From positions 1-59,803 of IMG/VR virus record IMGVR_UViG_3300033993_001438: DNA of 59,803 nt; one strand, written 5' to 3'. Below are positions 54,509-59,803 of the stretch, in pieces. The notes under the pieces were generated by a model, which was not told where the DNA came from, did no database searches, and was given only the letters and a program-made list of their open reading frames with translations. How positions within the stretch are numbered: position 1 is the first letter of the stretch; every line of letters begins with the position of its first letter. The translations under genes were made by a program, and so were the position numbers. Source of the stretch: a virus (lineage: Duplodnaviria; Caudoviricetes).

Positions 54509-55458
54509 CAAATCCTCCCTATGGTTCCGAGATCCGGGAGCGTCTGGGGCGGGTATCCCTGGACGTCGGAGTACGCCCACGCATCCTCCGCCTCAATGCA
54601 CGTGGCGTAGCCGGCATCGTCGGTGACGATCATGCCTGGCACCTGGGGCGGGTAGTCCGCCGGCCAGTTGGGCACGGGCGTGTTCCACGCCGCCCAGCTA
54701 TTGGCTATGAACCAGACGCGGAACGGCCAGAAGGTATGAGTGTCGTCATAACCTACGGTCGCCATGTCATGGGCCCAGCCCGGAGACGAACGCGGGTGGA
54801 TGTTCTTCGCCCCCGGCTTGCTGCTCCACGCAGCCATCTGCCCGGAGTGGATGCCGTACCCGTTGTACAGGGCGTCCATCGCATCATCCATGCTCTTGAC
54901 GAGAGCTATGGTGCCAACCTTGTTCCGGTTGCACAGCGTCTGAACGTCTGGCGGAACGCCCCCGTTCCTGCCCCAGCGTGTTCCGATCTGGCCATCGTAT
55001 TTGGTCAGGTCCACCACGCCCGGGAAGTTGTCCCGCGGCATGAAGCCAACGTCACGCTCAAACCGGCTGGCCCTGGCGGGGCTCATGCCCTCGCCGCCGT
55101 GGCCGCGAGCCCCGTACGTGGGCTCCGTTGCAGTCCGCCTGAACCAGGAGAACGGCGACCCGTGTACCAAAAGTGATACAGCGCGAGTGCAATCCCTGGC
55201 GTTCCGGCTACCGTGGGAAACACAGTCTCCAACAGTTTGCCTTTCGGTAAAGGCAGCGGGGTCCAGCTTCAGGACATAGCCCCACAGCAAGGCACGCTTG
55301 CCCTTGCCAGAGTTGGTGGTGGAGAAGTACCTGACCGGATTGGTAGCCAGGAAGTCATCCCGGTCCTTCATCGACGGCAAGTAGCCGGCGAATCCGCCGG
55401 CCTCGTATGCCCTTACCAGTTCGGCAGAGCTGTTGAACAGATCCTCATCTTCCGGCAT
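54508..55458 (-). CDS. Papain-like (C1) cysteine peptidase
   Basis: Q..GDCVSHG (Cys), WAHDM..VGY (His), IANSW (Asn). Confidence 0.8.
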   Translation of the reverse strand: MPEDEDLFNSSAELVRAYEAGGFAGYLPSMKDRDDFLATNPVRYFSTTNSGKGKRALLWGYVLKLDPAAFTERQTVGDCVSHGSRNARDCTRAVSLLVHGSPFSWFRRTATEPTYGARGHGGEGMSPARASRFERDVGFMPRDNFPGVVDLTKYDGQIGTRWGRNGGVPPDVQTLCNRNKVGTIALVKSMDDAMDALYNGYGIHSGQMAAWSSKPGAKNIHPRSSPGWAHDMATVGYDDTHTFWPFRVWFIANSWAAWNTPVPNWPADYPPQVPGMIVTDDAGYATCIEAEDAWAYSDVQGYPPQTLPDLGTIGRI

Positions 55459-55951
55459 CTGCGGCAACCTCCTCCAGGGCCTTGACTAGGGAGGCCCTCT
55501 TGTCAGGCGACAACGCCACATCGTCCTTGCCAATCGCCTTGACCAGGACGTCTTCGATGGCCACATCTAGGCCGGCGTACTTACCGGGGAGGTCGGTGCC
55601 CTTGAACGCCAGGTCCAACGCGTTGGCGTTGGTCGTCCGGAACTTCCCCACCGTGGTGATGATGCGGTCGTCACGCCTGATCACATCCGCAAGCGAGGCG
55701 TAATACGCGCGGACGCGAGCCTTGTCCTGCTTGCTCGCTGACTTGAGGACCGCAGCCACCTTGCTCTGCTCCACGGCCGGCACGTTCACCGCAGCGGTGG
55801 GGAGAAACGCCGCCAGCAGCAGGCCCACGGCGACAATGCCGAGCAGGTTCTTGCCGAGGGCGGCGGGCGTCATCTTGCTGATCAGCGGCCAGGCGTAGAC
55901 CAGGGCCACGCATGCGGAAACGATCACGGCTGCGATTTGGTAGGGGGTCAT
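55445..55951 (-). CDS. Membrane protein with two N-terminal TM helices
   Basis: IAAVIVSACVALVYAWPLI and LLGIVAVGLLLAAFLP. Confidence 0.75.
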   Translation of the reverse strand: MTPYQIAAVIVSACVALVYAWPLISKMTPAALGKNLLGIVAVGLLLAAFLPTAAVNVPAVEQSKVAAVLKSASKQDKARVRAYYASLADVIRRDDRIITTVGKFRTTNANALDLAFKGTDLPGKYAGLDVAIEDVLVKAIGKDDVALSPDKRASLVKALEEVAADAGR

Positions 55952-56835
55952 ACGATTGCCTTGTGGGAATGCTCCAGGGCGGTCGAAGGATTGATCAGCC
56001 CCCAGCCGTACAGGTGGTCATGGCCGGGATCCCCAGCGTCCACGCTGGTGTTCTTGATGACTGCATGCGCCTTGCCTGATCGCGGCGGCGGCATCTGCGG
56101 GATCGCCAGGGCCATGACGCCGGCAACAAACGGCGCCGCCATGCTGGTGCCTGACAGAGTGGCGTACCCTCCGCCCAGCCAACAGGAGGTGATCTCCTCG
56201 CCAGGGGCTGCGACGTCGATCTCCCGGCCGCGGCAGGAGAACTCGCACACACCACCGTCGCGGCCAACGGCACCGACGGCAATGGCTTCCTCATAGGCTG
56301 CGGGGTAGGACACCCGCCCGCCGTCGTTCCCTGCGGCACAGACCAGGATCATCCCTGCCTTGTCCGCAGCACGCACCGCTTCGGTCAGCTCCTCCGTGCG
56401 GACAGGAGCCCCAAGGCTCATCACGCAGATGTCGCACTTGGCCTCAATGGCGAACAGGATTGCTCTGGCGACAGACTCCAGCGACCCGGCGCCGTTGTTG
56501 TTCAGCACCTTGCAGCTGATGATCTCGGCCTGCGGGGCAACCCCAGTCATGGGCCCGCGGGCAGCGATGACACCAGCCACGTGGGTCCCGTGGCCGTTGG
56601 TGTCCGACGCAGAGCAATCCTTCGTAAAGTTGCGATGATCCTTGACAACGCCAATCAGGGCAGGGTGGCTATCGTCCACCCCCGTATCCAGCACGGCCAC
56701 CCGCACGCCGGCCCCCTGGTGACGACTCCAGAGGGCCGGCAGACCGTACGCGGAAATGGACCAGTCCAGGCCTGAGGAGGGCAAGGCCTGTGCGACTGCT
56801 TCTACGCGGTACGGCGGCAGGTGAACGAGCATCAC
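55948..56835 (-). CDS. Subtilisin-like S8 serine peptidase
   Basis: VAVLDTG, NGHGTHVAG, AAGN, SGTSMAAP catalytic motifs; no obvious signal peptide or prodomain. Confidence 0.95.
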   Translation of the reverse strand: MMLVHLPPYRVEAVAQALPSSGLDWSISAYGLPALWSRHQGAGVRVAVLDTGVDDSHPALIGVVKDHRNFTKDCSASDTNGHGTHVAGVIAARGPMTGVAPQAEIISCKVLNNNGAGSLESVARAILFAIEAKCDICVMSLGAPVRTEELTEAVRAADKAGMILVCAAGNDGGRVSYPAAYEEAIAVGAVGRDGGVCEFSCRGREIDVAAPGEEITSCWLGGGYATLSGTSMAAPFVAGVMALAIPQMPPPRSGKAHAVIKNTSVDAGDPGHDHLYGWGLINPSTALEHSHKAIV

Positions 56836-57152
56836 TCATCCCTGGACACAAGGACACGGATGAGCGACGTCACAATCGGAGCCACCACGTTCAGGAGGAT
56901 CGGCAGGGCGATCCCCAGGCTCTGGATCTTGGCCAGGTCTTCCTGGGCCTCCTCCTCCGTGATGGCCTGGGCTTGGGCCTGGAACAGAGGGAAGGTTTCG
57001 ATGACGGGCAGCAGAGACTTGGCCACCAGGTAGACGATCTCCAGCTTCTCCGACAGCGTCGCCTCCGCCCACTTGGCGACGATGGCACTGATCTCACGCA
57101 GGACGCTTACGTTCTGCAGCAGCCAGCGAACGACAACAAACTTGTCAACCAT
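56832..57152 (-). CDS. Amphipathic/membrane protein, possibly holin-like
   Basis: GGAG RBS; C-terminal hydrophobic helix LGIALPILLNVVAPIVTSLI. Confidence 0.6.
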   Translation of the reverse strand: MVDKFVVVRWLLQNVSVLREISAIVAKWAEATLSEKLEIVYLVAKSLLPVIETFPLFQAQAQAITEEEAQEDLAKIQSLGIALPILLNVVAPIVTSLIRVLVSRDE

Positions 57153-57516
57153 GCTTTCTCCTCTCGCAGGCAATGGCGACCACCGCGTGGCCGGCAATGT
57201 CCATCAGGGTCTTCTGTCTAGTAATTGTCTCCAACGGCCCTCTGAGCCGCCGGGTTTTTTCACCGATCCGGGCCGCCTGGTAACGCCAGGCTTCGATGCC
57301 GTCCTGCTCCACACCCAGGGCGTTTTCCAGGGGGTCCTGGCCGCAGCCGTAGTAGTCCCGCTTCCTTGTCAGCAGCCGGTACAGCTCGTCGCACAGCTCC
57401 CGGTACGGGTCACCAGTGGACGTCACGGCTGGCGCTGACGATCCGGCCGTATTCGGCCCAGAAGCTAGCGGTATGCGGGTCTTCGTCGTCGGTGCAAAGG
57501 TACGCAGTTCTTGCAT
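57145..57516 (-). CDS. DUF1599-like nucleotide-modification-associated alpha-helical protein
   Basis: LL.RK...YG, RIGEK..RL, TLMDIAGHA. Confidence 0.65.
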   Translation of the reverse strand: MQELRTFAPTTKTRIPLASGPNTAGSSAPAVTSTGDPYRELCDELYRLLTRKRDYYGCGQDPLENALGVEQDGIEAWRYQAARIGEKTRRLRGPLETITRQKTLMDIAGHAVVAIACERRKHG

Positions 57517-57748
57517 GGGCCCATTCCTCACAGCAGGTGTCGATAAAACTGTCAGCTCCACACGTATTGGCAATGCAGATGACGCCACGGTTTTCCTCCT
57601 CGTCAAACGAAAAGTAACCCAGCATGTCAGGCATGCTTTTGGGCGGCCTCAGGTAGCACCTCAGGGGGAACGGAACCGGAAACCTCCGCTGCGCCCACCT
57701 CCGAAACCGCCTGAGCAGCAGCCTCCGCCAATCGCTGGACGAACTCAT
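57410..57748 (-). CDS. Zincin-like protein with a degenerate HExxH
   Basis: DTCCEEWAHA...H...FW. Confidence 0.5.
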   Translation of the reverse strand: MSSSSDWRRLLLRRFRRWAQRRFPVPFPLRCYLRPPKSMPDMLGYFSFDEEENRGVICIANTCGADSFIDTCCEEWAHARTAYLCTDDEDPHTASFWAEYGRIVSASRDVHW

Positions 57749-58049
57749 AAAGACGCTCCGCCGGCAGGGTTACCAACCATGGCGACCGGCTCTTCCTGTG
57801 CAGCACCACCGGGACCGCGGAGCCGGCGTCCTCCTGGGCCTGCTGCATCCAGGCTCGGATGGACTCCCGCTCCACAAACTTGACCTCCCAGTGAATGCCC
57901 TCAATGTCCACGCTGATATCCGCAGAGTCCGTTCCGCCCTGGTACTGGACGCCCCTGCGGGCAGGAGTTTCCAGCCGGAGCGCCGCCGTCAGGGCCTTGG
58001 CGGCGTCCCTCTCCCCTCGTTTTCCTTTCTCACGCTGGCTGCGGCTCAC
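57627..58049 (-). CDS. Holliday junction resolvase (PD-(D/E)XK, Hjc-like)
   Basis: KGKRGER, ADI, HWEVK, WMQQA, PVVLHR, WLVT. Confidence 0.85.
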   Translation of the reverse strand: MSRSQREKGKRGERDAAKALTAALRLETPARRGVQYQGGTDSADISVDIEGIHWEVKFVERESIRAWMQQAQEDAGSAVPVVLHRKSRSPWLVTLPAERLYEFVQRLAEAAAQAVSEVGAAEVSGSVPPEVLPEAAQKHA

Positions 58050-58309
58050 TTGAGCCTCACAAACAGGGGGCCGTTCTCCCCCACGTACGCGCCCAAGGTA
58101 TTGAACGACAGGTACTCCTCCGCCTCTTCCTGGGTCATGCCTGATTCCACAAGGATTTGCTCGCATTTGGCCAGGTCATACACCGCCACCACCGGGTGGT
58201 GATGGTTGGCGGTGCGGCCGATGTAGGCATCCTCAAGCCCGTCCGCCAGGAGGGCGTCAGGGTTCTCGTCCTCCAGGTCCCAGTCATCTTCGTTGCGGGT
58301 TGCGATCAT
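58046..58309 (-). CDS. Conserved phage protein (ADG.EDA.IG...EEA.EY..FN..GAYVGE)
   Basis: Family motif. Confidence 0.8.
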   Translation of the reverse strand: MIATRNEDDWDLEDENPDALLADGLEDAYIGRTANHHHPVVAVYDLAKCEQILVESGMTQEEAEEYLSFNTLGAYVGENGPLFVRLK

Positions 58310-58707
58310 GGCTTCCTTGCCCAGCTGAGATTGGCCTGCCTCTCGTCCATGTAAAACGCATGAGGCTCCTCAGGCTCATAGCCCAGGTGCTTCTTGTGTC
58401 TCAGGGACGCCAGGTAGGACGGGTCATAGTTCTCTGGATCCGACTGCTGCTTAGCCCACAGCATTGTACCTTTGTACAGTGGTGGGTAGTTCCCCGCAAG
58501 TTGTCCGTCATGCAGAACGTCATGGCACCTCCCGCAAGTCCGGAGGTAATTGCGAATGTCATGCTTGCGGCCAGCGCCCCCCTGCAGGTGGTGAACCTCC
58601 AGGCTTCTCCTGCCGTCTGACTCCGGCCACCAGCACACCGCACAGCAGCGGTGAAGCTGGATCCACTCCTCCAGCGCCGCCTTCTCAGCCTTGGTCATCC
58701 GTGCCAT
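58306..58707 (-). CDS. HNH-type nuclease
   Basis: CAVC...EVHH...N....CGRCH...H. Confidence 0.75.
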   Translation of the reverse strand: MARMTKAEKAALEEWIQLHRCCAVCWWPESDGRRSLEVHHLQGGAGRKHDIRNYLRTCGRCHDVLHDGQLAGNYPPLYKGTMLWAKQQSDPENYDPSYLASLRHKKHLGYEPEEPHAFYMDERQANLSWARKP

Positions 58708-58720
58708 AAGCTCTCCGCTG

Positions 58721-58963
58721 CGCAGACCCCTTCCCCGCTGAGAGGCACTGGTGACTCTCAGGTGGCCTTGTGGCCGCCGACGGTTGCCTTATCCTTAGGC
58801 TCTCAGCTATCGACCGGGACGCAGGGGGTTGCTGGATCTAGTACCAGCGCGTTGCCCGGGTTTCGCGCAACCGTCAGCCTCTTTGTGCGGACTAGCCGCT
58901 CCTGCCATAGGGCAGGCGTGTGTTTATGCTCGCGCTTTTGGTTAACTGCCGGCGGGTGCTGCG
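58721..58963 (-). ncRNA. Candidate multibranch structured RNA or ssDNA element
   Basis: Closing helix, 12-bp long-range helix and several nested hairpins; a G-U pair favours the minus strand. Confidence 0.5.
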
Positions 58964-59007
58964 AGAAAATGAACCGCCTCATGCGTCTCTGTATCACCGT
59001 GGCCTGG

Positions 59008-59223
59008 TCACGCAAGCGAACTTTCCAGTTCACCCACTCTTGCCCGCAAAGAACCAACCTGGGCCTTCTGCTCGGCAAGCAGATCCTCTAGCTCGCGGAT
59101 GCGAAACTGAGCCTCGCCAAGAGCCCCGGCCGCCAGCTTGAGCAGGCTGCGAGGGTCATGGTCCGAGGCGAACGGATCGGTGTAGCACTTGAGCAGGGTT
59201 GTGATCAGAGTCTCTGTGTTCAT
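59008..59223 (-). CDS. Small coiled-coil protein
   Basis: AAGGT RBS; ATGA coupling. Confidence 0.6.
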   Translation of the reverse strand: MNTETLITTLLKCYTDPFASDHDPRSLLKLAAGALGEAQFRIRELEDLLAEQKAQVGSLRARVGELESSLA

Positions 59224-59441
59224 ATGCACCTTTCCACTGGCACCTTAGGGTGCGGTATGTCGTACATTTCGTTCCCCATGACGCGGATCTCGGCCGCATC
59301 AACATGCACCACCTGGCCGTCAGCGAAATGCTGCACCACCCACACGCTGTTAAGGTGCGGGCCGTAGTCAATCACCAGCAGGGCGAAGCCCTCCCCCAGC
59401 GGCGTTGCCACCCAGATCGGCGGGTTTAGCTGCAGCATCAT
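59220..59441 (-). CDS. Conserved phage protein (MLQLNPP...TPLGEG.A...IDYG)
   Basis: Family motif; AAGG RBS. Confidence 0.75.
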   Translation of the reverse strand: MMLQLNPPIWVATPLGEGFALLVIDYGPHLNSVWVVQHFADGQVVHVDAAEIRVMGNEMYDIPHPKVPVERCI

Positions 59442-59625
59442 CCTTGATACCCCTGAGCATGTTGATCTCTCGGCATGCCGCCGCCGCCGATGCGGCGTAG
59501 CTGTCGATGACAGTGTGTAGCCGCGCAAGCTCCGCGGCAGCCTCATCCATCAGGTCGCTGGCGGGTTCGGCGTCCACCGCGTGGGACCATCGGCGGAGCT
59601 TGTTAATCAGGTATTCCCTGGGCAT
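59368..59625 (-). CDS. Small protein related to the left-end EAA.EI.RL family
   Basis: INKLR...DEAAAELARL. Confidence 0.6.
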   Translation of the reverse strand: MPREYLINKLRRWSHAVDAEPASDLMDEAAAELARLHTVIDSYAASAAAACREINMLRGIKDDAAAKPADLGGNAAGGGLRPAGD

Positions 59626-59694
59626 CTTTGCACCTGTTGCAGGTTTCGGTTTTGCGAGTCACGTTCTTGCTACCTGCCGCTGCCGGCGACAGGA

Positions 59695-59774
59695 GTGATA
59701 TGCAGCACTCGGTAACGCCGTGTCTCGCGTCACGCGGCCGTGCGGCGCGGAATCGGCGGGGTGATATGCAGCAC
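59695..59774. repeat. 14-bp direct repeat x2
   Basis: GTGATATGCAGCAC at 59695-59708 and 59761-59774. Confidence 0.7.
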
Positions 59775-59803
59775 GGGGGACGCTATCGAGAACCGCATAC
59801 TCA

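Larger units (their letters stand above)
1..59803. mobile_element. Tailed dsDNA phage genome (podovirus-like), probably near-complete
   Basis: TerL, portal, MCP, scaffold, adaptor/nozzle and ejection-type proteins are present; no tape measure or sheath; no host housekeeping genes. Both window ends carry related small minus-strand genes. Confidence 0.95.

Noticed and set aside
58803-59078. 91-aa ORF across the structured element
   Set aside because: No motif or RBS, it overlaps another gene, and the region is better explained by base pairing.
1-59803. tRNA, tmRNA or rRNA genes; alternative genetic code
   Set aside because: No cloverleaf or rRNA signatures were noticed by eye (no scan run). 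Genes pack tightly under the standard code using all three stop codons.

Overview
The window is most or all of the genome of a GC-rich tailed dsDNA phage with podovirus-like organisation. No host genes, rRNA, tRNA or CRISPR array were seen. A Planctomycetota host is inferred from protein-family style and is not proven. Minus strand 42132->7555 is the virion operon: small internal proteins, scaffold, major capsid, decoration protein, glycosyltransferase-methyltransferase fusion, TerS, TerL, portal, LamG-repeat fibre, adaptor, nozzle, collagen-like protein and ejection proteins. A lone plus-strand tyrosine recombinase (6740-7558) separates it from a minus-strand recombination block (exonuclease, ERF, SSB, SF2 helicase, nuclease). 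A plus-strand early block (44394-53522) holds Gp88, a beta-clamp-like protein, DUF932 and a serine recombinase. The minus-strand right arm holds an HNH nuclease, a resolvase, a DUF1599-like protein, S8 and C1 proteases and a sigma factor. The most striking feature is at the left end: an array of integron attC-like sites whose cassette ends are complementary. Its genes run antisense to attC, and several take their RBS and start codon from inside the attC site. Other candidates: a ~245-nt multibranch structured element (58721-58963), a possible protease-based lysis module, a shared D-x-IR-x-LR motif on late proteins, a nested LamG fibre, a TGTAC-N4-GTACA operator and a putative late-promoter motif. 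All calls are from motif recognition by eye; no searches or folding programs were run.
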